A stretch of DNA of 64,000 nt from Candidatus Bathyarchaeota archaeon (GTDB taxonomy: Archaea; Thermoproteota; Bathyarchaeia; Bathyarchaeales; Bathycorpusculaceae), in the NCBI GenBank assembly GCA_963768425.1, contig CAVYHV010000009.1:64001-128000 (forward strand). Reading direction: 5' to 3'. The position numbers and the translations under genes were made by a program. The stretch's first letter is position 1; each line of letters starts with the position of its first letter. A model generated the notes under the pieces. It saw only the letters and a program-made list of their open reading frames with translations, did no database searches and had not been told where the DNA came from. Below are positions 49,388 to 59,906 of the stretch, in pieces.

Positions 49388-49570
49388 ATGGCTCAGTTTG
49401 AGGTGTATAAGGATAATGCTCGACTTTTCAGATGGCGGCTAAGAGCAAGCGATAACACTGTCATAGCGGAAAGTTGTGAAGGCTACTACAACAGGTCTGA
49501 CTGCGAGAATGCAGTTAATTTGGTTCGCAACGAGGCGCCAAGAGCGGACTTAATTCTAAACAACACTTAG
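49388..49570 (+). CDS. YegP/DUF1508 family protein
   Basis: FEVYKD...FRWRLRA...IAESCEGY...C. Confidence 0.85.
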   Translation: MAQFEVYKDNARLFRWRLRASDNTVIAESCEGYYNRSDCENAVNLVRNEAPRADLILNNT

Positions 49571-49692
49571 CCGCCAGGCGCGGGCGTCAAAAATACTAAG
49601 AGAAGACGAAAAAGGCTATCGGCTCTATGCCCTTTGGGTTTTTCGCAAAAAGGTTTTAAGCTTAAGTCTGCGCTCTTTGATTGAAGAGGTTA

Positions 49693-49803
49693 TTGAGTTT
49701 GGATAAAAAATGCCCAGTTTGCAAACGAGCCTACACAACATTTAACGCTAAAAGCAAGTATTGCAGCGACGCCTGCGCGAAGAAAGCAGGAAAATCAAAG
49801 TAA
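49693..49803 (+). CDS. 36-aa treble-clef zinc-finger protein (below ORF-track cutoff)
   Basis: GAGGT RBS. MSLDKKCPVCKRAYTTFNAKSKYCSDACAKKAGKSK*. Confidence 0.65.
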   Translation: MSLDKKCPVCKRAYTTFNAKSKYCSDACAKKAGKSK

Positions 49804-49917
49804 TTCGCCCATTCGGTCAGCCGCTTCTTTCCATCTTTATTTAAGGGGTTGGCAAATTAAAAATAACAGTTACTGCATAATGTATTATGCTGATTGAAAC
49901 TTTGTGGAGGTTTCGTA

Positions 49918-50097
49918 TTGGCGGAAAATGTTGAGTATGTGAAGGGTCCTGAGCCTGACAGGTGGCATTGGCAAAAAGACTGCAAGCAGTACCCTCGTGT
50001 TGTCCTTCGGAAACGCCTCGGCAGACCATCTTCAGATCTCTGCGATGAATGCTTAGACTTAGAGAGACTTGAGATACGTAAAATAGCCATGGCTTAG
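49918..50097 (+). CDS. small His/Cys metal-binding hypothetical protein
   Basis: GGAGG RBS, TTG start, WHW..DC...LCDEC. Confidence 0.6.
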   Translation: MAENVEYVKGPEPDRWHWQKDCKQYPRVVLRKRLGRPSSDLCDECLDLERLEIRKIAMA

Positions 50098-50435
50098 CGA
50101 GGTTTATCCCTTGAAAAATTGCAGCATAAACCTTAGCTTATGCTTTACCAGTGCCACTAAAAAACCCAAGTTAGTTTCGTTTTTTGAGTAATCTTTCGAA
50201 AAATCTATGGTGGACTGAGGAGATTACTGAGAATTTTTTAATATTAACTAGTTTGCCCGTCAATATAGTTAAGAATTGATTCTGGTTCCCTCTCTTCCTG
50301 AAGGTTCCAGACTGCCCTTAACCAAACCTTCTATAAACGGTAAGCTTGACGTTTATCAGCATGCTTTTATTTGGGGCGAAAGAACTATCCCTTAACAAGC
50401 CCTTAAAACATTAGCTTAGAAGGCGCATTTCCAAA

Positions 50436-51968
50436 ATGGTTGAACTTAGAACGCAAGAAAGTCAACTCCTATCCGCTCTGCAAGAAGTTGGCGGAGAAGC
50501 CACAGTAGAGCAGCTAATAGAGAAAACAGGAATGCAAGACTCTGCAGTCATGCGAATCGGGCTCACTCTTCAGGAAAAAACACTAATCGCCATTCATGCC
50601 AAACATCAAAACGTCGTCAAATTAACCGCTGAAGGAGAAGTTTACGCTAAAAGCGGTTTGCCCGAACGCAAACTAATCCGTGCCGTGGCAGATCTTGGTG
50701 GTTCAGCGGACCTCAAAAAGGCGACGGAGCTAGCGGGCATCGAGCCCCAGTTTATCCAAATCGCACTGGGCTGGGCGATAAGGAAAAAATGGGCGCTTTA
50801 CACTTCAAGCGACAACACGTTGCGTGTCGCTGAAAACTTTCTTCATCAAGCGTTTATTCCTGACGGAGCAGATGAGAAGCTCTTCGACTTCTTGGCGGAA
50901 AATAAACAAATTGGGTTTGAACGCCTCAAAGATGATGATTTGAAGGAAGCTGCTGAGCAGCTTAAGAAACGCAAAGTACTCGTAATAGAGCTTAAAACAA
51001 GCCGCTCGCTGCAAATTACGCCGGAGGGCAAAGCGGCAGTCGCTGAAGCCAAACCCAAAGTCCAAGAAATCACCCAGTTGACGCCTGAACTCATAATCAC
51101 GGGTAAATGGCATACGTCAAAGCTTCAAAAATACAATATAGCCGCGCCAGTAGCTAAGACTTGGCCTGGCAAAAAACACCCATATTTGCAATTCCTCGAC
51201 GAAGTACGCACTAAACTTGTGCAGTTGGGCTTTCAGGAAATGACGGGCACGGCTGTTGAAACGAGCTTCTTCAACTTCGATGCACTCTTTGTACCGCAAG
51301 ATCATCCAGCAAGAGAAGAAAGCGACATTTACTATGCTAAAGACCCAGCTTTCGGTGACGTAAGCCAGCATGCAGAAGCTGTTGAGCATGTGAAGGAGAC
51401 GCATGAGAACGGGTGGACAACGGGTTCCACAGGATGGGGATACAAATACTCGCTTTTAAACGCACAAAGACTTATTCTTCGCGGTCATGGTACTTGCCTT
51501 AGTGCCAGAACGCTTGAAGCAAAAAAGTTTCAGGTTCCCAGTAAACACTTCAGTATAGCACGGGTCTATCGCCCGGAACTTATAGATAGAACACATTTGT
51601 CCGAATTTAACCAGGTGGAAGGCATAATCGTAGACGAAAACCTAACGCTAAAGGACCTGCTTGGCGTTTTGGGCAAGTTCGCTATAGAAATCGCTGGAGC
51701 TGACAAAGTCCGCTTCAAACCTGATTATTTCCCGTTTACTGAACCCAGCGTTGAACTCAGTGCGTATCGGGAAGGTTACGGCTGGGTTGAATTCGGCGGC
51801 AGCGGCATTTTCCGCCCAGAAGTCACGTTGCCACTCGGCGTCAAGGAACCTGTCATCGCATGGGGCTTAGGCGTCGACCGTCTGTTCATGATGCGGGCAG
51901 GGCTTGAGGATATTAGGATGATTTTCAGCCAAGACCTTGATTGGCTAAGGCGCAAAGAGGTAACCTAG
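50436..51968 (+). CDS. pheS: phenylalanine--tRNA ligase alpha subunit
   Basis: NFDALFVPQDHPARE, THLSEFNQVEG, YFPFTEPS, AWGLG. Confidence 0.97.
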   Translation: MVELRTQESQLLSALQEVGGEATVEQLIEKTGMQDSAVMRIGLTLQEKTLIAIHAKHQNVVKLTAEGEVYAKSGLPERKLIRAVADLGGSADLKKATELAGIEPQFIQIALGWAIRKKWALYTSSDNTLRVAENFLHQAFIPDGADEKLFDFLAENKQIGFERLKDDDLKEAAEQLKKRKVLVIELKTSRSLQITPEGKAAVAEAKPKVQEITQLTPELIITGKWHTSKLQKYNIAAPVAKTWPGKKHPYLQFLDEVRTKLVQLGFQEMTGTAVETSFFNFDALFVPQDHPAREESDIYYAKDPAFGDVSQHAEAVEHVKETHENGWTTGSTGWGYKYSLLNAQRLILRGHGTCLSARTLEAKKFQVPSKHFSIARVYRPELIDRTHLSEFNQVEGIIVDENLTLKDLLGVLGKFAIEIAGADKVRFKPDYFPFTEPSVELSAYREGYGWVEFGGSGIFRPEVTLPLGVKEPVIAWGLGVDRLFMMRAGLEDIRMIFSQDLDWLRRKEVT

Positions 51969-53672
51969 ATGCCGACAATCGATGTTGAATATCGGGAACT
52001 TGAGCGCCTTCTTGGGTTGAATCTGAATTCGAATATGGAGAAGCTCGACGAGATTCTCGCGAACGTTAAAGGCGAAGTTAAGCTTTTCAACGAGCAGGAA
52101 GGCATCGTCAGCATCGAGATGAAGGACACCAACCGACCTGACCTATGGAGCGCGGAAGGATTAGCTAGGGGGCTGCGCTGCTATCTTGGTTTAGAAAAAG
52201 GGCCCAGACGCTACTTTGCGGAGAAAACTGCAGTAGAAGTGAACGTAGACTCTAAACTCTATAACATACGCCCATTCATTGCCTGTGCTGTCGTAAAAGA
52301 CGTTCAGCTAACCGACCCCGTAATCCGAGGGCTGATGCATCTTCAGGATAAGCTGGACAAGACCTCTGGGAGAAACCGCCAGAAAACCTCTATCGGCATA
52401 TACAACTTCCACTTAATCACACCGCCCATAGAATACCGCGCCGTAAACCCACGTGACGTCAGCTTTGTACCGTTGGGATTCTCCAAAAAAATGAGTTTGG
52501 ACGAGATTTTGGAGCTGCACCCTAAAGGCATCGAGTACGGGCACATAGTCAAGAAGAACCCCCTTTACCCCATGCTTTTTGATTCAGAAGGAAAAATCCT
52601 CTCTTTCCCCCCAATCATCAACTCAAACGATCTAGGAAAAATCACCGAGGAATCCCGCAATCTCCTTGTCGAAGTTACAGGAACACAAAACAGAACCGTC
52701 GTCAACACGTTGAATCTGGTAACTGCAGCGTTGATTGATCGCGGCGGAAAAGCCTACTCAGCCACAATCCATTTTCAAGATGCCTCAGGCGACGTAAAAA
52801 TGGGCGTTCTCACACCCGACTTTAGCAGCCGAACCATGCCATTAAACGTTGAGTATACCAACAGGATTCTTGGGTTGAATCTTTCATCCAAAGAAATCCG
52901 CAAACTGCTTTTAACGGCTGGTTTAGGCGTCTGCAAAGTGGATAATTGTTGCGTTGAGGTTGAGGTTCCGTTTTACCGCATAGACGTTATGCATCAAGTT
53001 GACCTTATTGAGGATGTCGCAGTTGCATACGGTTACAACAACATCGAGTGCATATGGCGTGAAATGCCAACAACGGGCAAAGCGGAGCCTGCACAGCAAA
53101 ACATCAACATCGCGCGGGAACTAATGATTGGCTTAGGCTACCAGGAAATCTTAACTTACACCTTAACAAACGAGGAAAATATGTTTGCAAAAATGAACGC
53201 CGCGCCATCCCCACACGTTGAACTCTCTAATCCAAAAGTTGCAACTATGACTTGCTTGCGCAGTTGGCTCCTGCCAAGCCTCATGGAGTTCCTTAGCAAC
53301 AACCAATCCGTCGAGTTCCCGCAAAAAATATTCGAACTTGGAAAAGTAACTCTGCCCGACGAATCAGCTGAAACCAAGACAAGGGATGAGGAGTGGGTCT
53401 GTGCGGCCACGACCCATGCAAACGCCAACTTTACTGAGGCGAAGTCAGCTTTGGATGCTTTCTTCAGAAATCTTGGGGTTGAATTGCAAATAATGGAAAC
53501 CGCTCATCCAAGCTTTATTGAAGGCAGAGTTGGAAAAGCAAGGGTCGGAGACGTTGACGTAGGCTTTGTCGGCGAAGTCAACCCGCTTGTTCTTGAAGCA
53601 TGGAAGCTGGAAAACCCAATAGCCGCCTTCGAGGTTAACCTCCAGAAAATCCTTCTTGGAAAAACCAAGTAA
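51969..53672 (+). CDS. pheT: phenylalanine--tRNA ligase beta subunit
   Basis: NRPDLWSAEG, SFPPIINS, RIDVMHQVDLIEDVA. Confidence 0.97.
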   Translation: MPTIDVEYRELERLLGLNLNSNMEKLDEILANVKGEVKLFNEQEGIVSIEMKDTNRPDLWSAEGLARGLRCYLGLEKGPRRYFAEKTAVEVNVDSKLYNIRPFIACAVVKDVQLTDPVIRGLMHLQDKLDKTSGRNRQKTSIGIYNFHLITPPIEYRAVNPRDVSFVPLGFSKKMSLDEILELHPKGIEYGHIVKKNPLYPMLFDSEGKILSFPPIINSNDLGKITEESRNLLVEVTGTQNRTVVNTLNLVTAALIDRGGKAYSATIHFQDASGDVKMGVLTPDFSSRTMPLNVEYTNRILGLNLSSKEIRKLLLTAGLGVCKVDNCCVEVEVPFYRIDVMHQVDLIEDVAVAYGYNNIECIWREMPTTGKAEPAQQNINIARELMIGLGYQEILTYTLTNEENMFAKMNAAPSPHVELSNPKVATMTCLRSWLLPSLMEFLSNNQSVEFPQKIFELGKVTLPDESAETKTRDEEWVCAATTHANANFTEAKSALDAFFRNLGVELQIMETAHPSFIEGRVGKARVGDVDVGFVGEVNPLVLEAWKLENPIAAFEVNLQKILLGKTK

Positions 53673-53701
53673 ACGTTTTTCAAGTCAGAAGCTGGGAAAT
53701 T

Positions 53702-54499
53702 TTAAAACCACGAGAGGGTTCCGTTTTTCCTCGCAGTTTTCAGGCACCACGCATAAATCACGTATCCCACGGGCACTATTATCGCGCACATCAGGGCCAA
53801 AATTGCCAGGTTTGGTAAAATCGACACGATAGTTGCGCCTGTCAGCATGAATTTAATGCACGTCATAAAGTAGTAGGGTGGGGTCACGTAGGCGATTAGC
53901 CGAAGTCCATAAGGCAGTACTTGGGGTGGAAAAAGCACGTTTCCAAAAAGGGTTATCGCTATGGTTGTGAGCGCCGTGACTGGGTCGCCCTGTTTGGTCA
54001 GAATAAGAATTCCTGAGCCAATCATGCTGATTCCGATAAATGTTCCAATGCCGAGGGCAAGAACAATCAGTGCTCCTACAATGTTGACGCTTAAAACTAC
54101 TCCGAAAAAGTAAACGCCGATAAGAAGGTAAATAGCGGCCACTCCAGTGCTCCAGATAAACCCCCAAAGGGAGCTGCCGATGATGAATGTTGTTAAATGA
54201 GTGGGCGAAACCAAGACTTCTTCAAGCGACCACGGATTGATAGTTTTCTGCACCAGCGTTAAGGCTTGGCCAAGGTACGTGTTGAAAGCTAACCCGATAA
54301 GAAGGTAAGTCGTGTAGTTAGTATGGTACAATTCAGTTACAGTTTGGTTAACTGAGCTCTGTCCAAGATAAGCAAAGGATAACGCCCCAAAAATAGCGGT
54401 AAAAACTAGAATGAGAATGTTTGTCTTATAAGTAGAGAAGCTTATCATGTCCCGCTTCATGAAATACCAGATTTTCTCAAGCTCTTGCCCCAGCGTCAC
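53702..54499 (-). CDS. ABC-2 type transporter permease
   Basis: Six TM segments, LEEVLVSP, LFPPQVLP. Confidence 0.88.
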   Translation of the reverse strand: MTLGQELEKIWYFMKRDMISFSTYKTNILILVFTAIFGALSFAYLGQSSVNQTVTELYHTNYTTYLLIGLAFNTYLGQALTLVQKTINPWSLEEVLVSPTHLTTFIIGSSLWGFIWSTGVAAIYLLIGVYFFGVVLSVNIVGALIVLALGIGTFIGISMIGSGILILTKQGDPVTALTTIAITLFGNVLFPPQVLPYGLRLIAYVTPPYYFMTCIKFMLTGATIVSILPNLAILALMCAIIVPVGYVIYAWCLKTARKNGTLSWF

Positions 54500-54502
54500 T
54501 GC

Positions 54503-55514
54503 TCAAGCCCTCCTGGTCAACTCGATAAATGCGTCTTCGAGGCTGGGTTCCTCCCGCTTAAGATTCACGAGCTTGATTTTTTGCTCGAAAAGGAAATCAA
54601 AGATCAAAGGCAACTGGTCTACTGTTTGAAGTTTAACGTGAAGTTCTCGCTGCCCAAGCATCAGAGGCATATCGGTTTTTTCAGAGACTTCTATCACACC
54701 TGGCAGCGTTCGCATTTTTTCAATCTGAGGCTCAGCCACATCTTCCACGACCAAGTTGATTTGCTCGTCTTTCTTTATTTTGGCTTTCAAAGCTTCAGGG
54801 GTATCGTAGGCGACGATTTTTCCCTGCTTGAGGATGCCGATTTTGGTGCAGATTTGCGCGGCCTCTTCAATGTAATGCGTGGTGTAAATCACTGTTTTGG
54901 CTGTTTCCCGAACCGTTCTCTGGACGAAATCGCGGACTGCTCTGGCGGATATTGCGTCCAGCCCTGTTGTAGGCTCGTCAAGCATGATTATGGGCGGGTC
55001 GGGAAGTAATGTTCTTGCTAGGGCAAGTTTGCGTTTCATGCCGCCTGAGTACTTCTGGAAGGTCATGAAAGTGTTGTTTTCTAAGCCCACTAGCTTGAGT
55101 ACTTCCAAAATCCTTTCATTCCGCTTCTGCCGCGGCACATTATAGATTGCGGCGAAAAATTCCAGGTTTCGGTACCCGTTAAGCCTCCAAAAGAACCCAC
55201 GTTCCCCAACACTGAAAAGGGTGCCCAAAGAACGTTTAACCTGCATCTGCTGCTTCACGATGTCAAAGCCGTTAATCAGAGCAGTTCCCCCGTCAGGCGG
55301 AAGAAGAGTGCATAGCATTTTAACAAGGGTGGTTTTTCCAGCGCCGTTGGGACCGAGAAGCCCAAATAGCTCGCCTTTCTTGACAATGAGGTTGATACCA
55401 TCAACGGCGTTTACAGTAATTGTTTTGCGCCTGAGAAAGCCGTTTCCATTCGGAACTGTTGACTTAAATTTCTTTATCAGGTTGATCGTTTCGATCGCGT
55501 TTTCGGTCTGGCAC
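54503..55514 (-). CDS. ABC transporter ATP-binding protein (indel near start)
   Basis: GPNGAGKTT upstream of the ORF-track start, YSGGM, LDEPT, TTH. GAGGT RBS before GTG 55514. Confidence 0.9.
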
Positions 55515-55648
55515 TCGTTAAACCTCTTGCTGTCACCTAAACTTGTATGGATGCTTCAACTAACCATGTTGCAATAAGAAGCGATTAGTCGTATTTTAGT
55601 AAAGTTATCGGTGAAACAATTAAGCATTTTGACCCGCATGAGAGTACG

Positions 55649-56573
55649 TTAAAATTTGTGGATGAACGGCATAAGCTGGTTTGCGTTTTCGAATTTTTGC
55701 GAAAGAGGAAACTGCAAGTACGCTCCGTACCTGTTAAAGTAAGGTGCCCCTTTCCTTGAAAACAGGGTTAAGACCTTGCCGCCGTGATTGATTTTGAAGC
55801 CCGTGCTGCTTGCCTCATGACCCCTTATCAGAATTTTTGCTTTCAACCTTTCAAGCACCTGTTCCGTGACGTCTTTGCCGAAGAGTTTTCCTGCGCCTCT
55901 CGGCGAAAAAGAAACCCCGCGCATCCCTTCCGCAGGGTCGCTCCACAGCAAATCCTCCAGCAACCCCTCGTTGTGACCCTCTTGGGCTTGACGCGATGTC
56001 TTGTAGGTGTCTGATTTCTGGGGAGACGCCGCCGTGAACCATCAAAAAACGTTCCTCAACGTACACGGCGTTGTACAGGCAAGCCCACAAAGCGCGGGTT
56101 TTTTTATAGACCTGCAACGAGTCTTCGCCGAACTTGGCTTGGAGTCGCTCGGGCAAATCATGCGGAGAAGCCATCAAATCCTCGGGTCCCTCATGGTTTC
56201 CCCTAATTAAAATAACTTGTTTTGGGAAGGCAAGCTTCAACCTAAGAATCAAGTAGTAGACTTCGGCTGGTTTTTCTCCTCTGTCGCCGTAGTCCCCAAG
56301 AAAAATCAAAGTTGCGTCACTTCGTTTTCTCCATTTTTTGCACGAATTGGCTTTCTTGAAGTATCAAGGAGAGGCTTTCGAGGTCGCCGTGCAAGTCTCC
56401 TACGACCAAGAGCTTCCCCAGTCGGCTCAAGTGTGACAAGGCGATCTTCTATTTTTTAGATTGCCATTTTGCCCGTTTTCCTTCTGCAACAGAAGCGTGG
56501 CTTCGTCAAGCGTCTCCATGAATGATTTGCTTTGAATACTTTGGGCTTCTTTGACTATTGTAGATAAATCCAA
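55649..56573 (-). CDS. PPP-family serine/threonine protein phosphatase (frameshifted)
   Basis: VGDLHG, GDYGDRG, RGNHE, HGG, LLWSDP, SPRGAG, RGHE, TLFS across frames. Confidence 0.9.
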
Positions 56574-56591
56574 GGGATCCACAGGTCAGAA

Positions 56592-57843
56592 TCATGGGAT
56601 TTGGACTTTTATGTCTATAGAACTGAAAATGTTCTTCTCTATCGTTCGTTTGAGGTTGTTGATTTTGTCGATTGCTTCATGGTACGCGTTTTCTTTGACT
56701 GCCTCGTGGGTTTCGATGCTTGTTTTCCGAGTTTTAAGCTGGTCAAGCTGCTGCTGGTACACGGTGAGATTGCGTTTTGTTTCATCCATCAATGGCGAAG
56801 CCAGCAGCTGCTCTCTTGTTTTTGCCATTTCCATGCATTTGAGTTGAATCTGGCTGAGTGAGTTGTTCTTTACTATTTCATTTATTGACTGCTCGGCTTT
56901 CCGCGCCTTTTCATCTTTAAGTTTTAACTTGTCTTCCTCCAAAAAACGTTGAAGTTTCTCCAAAATCTCCCTAAACTCGGGGTACCCGCTCTGCTCAGTT
57001 ATTAACGCGTCAAAAGGATTCTCCAAGTACAAGTTTATTCGTGGTTAGCTCGTCGGGAGTTATTCCTCCGCCGCCGCCACTGGTGGCTAACGCCTGCATT
57101 TTTATGAATGGCTTCTGCAGATGCCTAAGAAAGTTCTTTAATTCGTTGGTTAAATTGCATATTTCAATGTTCACTGTGTTTAAGATCGTCGATGGGTCCC
57201 TTTAGTTTTCAACTCATCAATTTTCTGCTCCAAATCAGCGATTTCTTTTTCAATTGGCAAACGCTCATTTTTTATTTGGTCTTTTTCTTCGCCTATCGTT
57301 CCCTGCTGTTTCTGCACGTTTTGGAGTTCGTTTAGCAGGTTGAAGGCTTCCTCCAAAGTTTTTGTTTTCACATATTCTTTTGTGAGAAAGTCATTAAGGA
57401 ATTGTGGGTTTGTTTGGCTTTCTCGTACACCGTTAAGAATCTTCTTCTATCCATGATGAAGAAAGGGGAAATTCTTGGAAACCAATTTTTAATGTCTATG
57501 TCGGTTACAATGAAGATTTTTTGGATTTCCTGAGCATACTTGTTTAGCGTGTCGTAGGAGATTTCTTCGGCGCCTTAAGCTTCTTGAGTCGATCAACAAA
57601 CAAATGCGCAAGCTTGTTTAGGGCTCGGGCTCGATTGTAAACTTTCATGTTTCTTTTTTCGATTTCTTTTGTGCTGTTATCCAAGAGCATCTTGCTCATG
57701 TCGTCGATGCCTTGGATCGCCAGGTTCATGTCGTCCCTTAGCTTTTTAGCTTGGGCATGCACAGGCGAGAGGATGGAGTTTGTTTTGTCTTCAAGCCAAG
57801 GCTTAACTTCGCCGGTTGAGGTGAACTGGATTGTTTCAGTCAA
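56592..57843 (-). CDS. long coiled-coil hypothetical protein (several frameshifts)
   Basis: Consecutive E/K/Q-rich minus-strand ORFs (57544-57843, 57180-57371, 56592-57032) with coding-like gaps. Confidence 0.65.
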
Positions 57844-57981
57844 TACGTTTCACTGTTAGAGATATGTTATGTTGGCTTATTTATCAATTTTAGCCCTGAT
57901 TTTACCAGATTCTTTACGTTTTTTTGAGTAGCTACTCTTAAATAGCTAACGCGGGATTGAACAACCAAACGAGACAACAAA

Positions 57982-58572
57982 ATGAACACAAAAACACTGG
58001 CACTAATCATAATATTTGTTGCGCTTAACAATGGCCTTAAACGTGGCTGGACCAAAAATTCCAGCTCCCTACGCACCATTCCTTATACTACCAAATCTGG
58101 GAAATTCCAATCGTGGTTGCTTTCTTAGCCCTAGGCTTAGTAGCTGGTCTAATAATATCGGCAATAAACACAGTAATTCTAACAATCTATTTTACCGGGG
58201 GCTTTTCGCCGCTGGGACCAGTTTACAATCTCGTTGCAATCCTCTCAATGATGCTAGGCATATACATCCCCTATCTCATTGCTACCCGAGGTTGCAAAAC
58301 AGAAACCTTATCTGACACCCTAAAGAATCATGCTAAAATAATAAGCATATCTGCAACGGCCTCAGGTATTGTCGTTCGCATAGCCATAACATCAGTAGTG
58401 AACTACTTTACGCTTCAACAACCGTCCCCAGTGGGATTTTCATATAAACCCGCGGCAGCCTTAGCTTTTCTTCCACTCGGCGCAGTTTTCAACGGCACCG
58501 TAGCACTCTATACAATACCCAATTGCATTTGCCATAACAGTGCCTGTTCTTTCAAGATTTAAGCTGAAATGA
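57982..58572 (+). CDS. ECF transporter S-component-like membrane protein (frameshifted)
   Basis: MNTKTLALIIIF.AL...KIPAPYAPFL.YQIWEIP followed by multiple TM helices. Confidence 0.6.
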
Positions 58573-58589
58573 AAAAAAAGGTTAGAATC

Positions 58590-58745
58590 CTAAGGATTAT
58601 CCCTAGCACCTTGGGGATTAATTTGCCCCGCCTTGAAGGTATTCCCAGTTTTAGCGTTCTTTATCATTAAAACTGAGGGTGCGAACAAGCCGTGGTCTAT
58701 TTTGTAGAAACCGCGGCCTGCTTCGCGGAAAATCTGCAGGAAAGT
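58590..58745 (-). pseudogene. relic 3' fragment of a second methenyl-H4MPT cyclohydrolase gene
   Basis: LQIFREAGRGFYKIDHGLFAPSVLMIKNAKTGNTFKAGQINP aligns to Mch LDIYKEAGFDFYKIDTNIFAPAVVAVNNMKTGKTFTAGNLDV. Confidence 0.75.
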
Positions 58746-58808
58746 TTACTCTTAACTCTTAGAAGCTTGAACAAAAGAAGTAGAATTGATTGATATGTGC
58801 TTTTTGTT

Positions 58809-59576
58809 TTATTTTTCTCTGAACAGTGACATGTTCGGGTAGATTTCTATTCCGGTTTTGTCGATTGTGTAGGGAACAAGGTTTGTGTTTACGCTAACAC
58901 CTCTCATTTTTTCCACTTGTAGCCCTCTAGTCGTGGTTCCGCTTGAAAACAGAGTCTGCATCATAATTACTCCGTGAACTAAGAATTCTTCATCAGATAT
59001 CTTTCGTTCAAGCCCAAGTTGACCCAATTCTGTAGTAACGAGAACTGTTGCACCGCAATCGGAAAGTGCCTCTATGAGATCTACGCTGGCGGTTCTTCTT
59101 TCTATTGGATCCAAAAACCTGTAGAAAAGCGAAGCAAGCGTATCCAAAACCACACGTTTAGCGTTAACCTTCTTAATAATCTCCTGTATGTCTTCTACTA
59201 ATCTGTCGACCTGCAGTTCTTTTCCTCGAAGACTGCCAGATTCTTCTTTCATCATTTTTTCCTTTAGCATCGCAACTCTGGAAAGTCTTGTCGCGTCGAG
59301 GAAACCGAATTTTCCTTCTTGCTCAGCTTTATTGAAATCCCAACCGAATTTCGCCATTTCAGAAAAGAAATGATTCTTACCCTCGTCTAAGCTGACGAAA
59401 ACGCCGTTTTCGCCATATTCGGCAATGCCCTTATATAAGAATTGGGAAGCAAAAATTGTTTTTCCAGCTCCAGGTCCCCCAATAACTAATATCACTCTAT
59501 TCTGTGGGAAGCCGCCGCTAATTAATTCATTCAAACCTTCTATTCCAGTGGGAACAGTCTTTACAAAGTCTGACAT
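58809..59576 (-). CDS. KaiC-like RecA-superfamily ATPase
   Basis: TGIEGLNELISGGFP, GGPGAGKT, RVVLD, VEKMRG. Confidence 0.92.
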   Translation of the reverse strand: MSDFVKTVPTGIEGLNELISGGFPQNRVILVIGGPGAGKTIFASQFLYKGIAEYGENGVFVSLDEGKNHFFSEMAKFGWDFNKAEQEGKFGFLDATRLSRVAMLKEKMMKEESGSLRGKELQVDRLVEDIQEIIKKVNAKRVVLDTLASLFYRFLDPIERRTASVDLIEALSDCGATVLVTTELGQLGLERKISDEEFLVHGVIMMQTLFSSGTTTRGLQVEKMRGVSVNTNLVPYTIDKTGIEIYPNMSLFREK

Positions 59577-59906
59577 CTTGCGTACCTTCGAACATGCTAA
59601 AAGACTCTACTGTATATTTATAATTTTTGTAGGAGATAAAATGCTAGCAAGATAGACATAGAACTCGAAAAAAGTAATATTGGAATTCTTAACACTCAAC
59701 ATTATTTAGATAAGATAAAGGTGCAAAAAGCCTTACGCAATCCCCATTATCCGCATAGATTTTCTTATGCAATTTCCTTTTTGGAATGTTTAAAATTCGT
59801 AAAGAAAAAATTTTGCGGAACGGCTTGAGAAAGAAATCAAATCTATTTAGAACGTTCTTCAGTCAGACTTTGGAGCAACAAGCCATCTTCAAGATATAGA
59901 TAAATT

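Noticed and set aside
50170-50260. Weak GAC/GAT spacing upstream of pheS
   Set aside because: No conserved core follows, and it is compatible with chance in AT-rich DNA.
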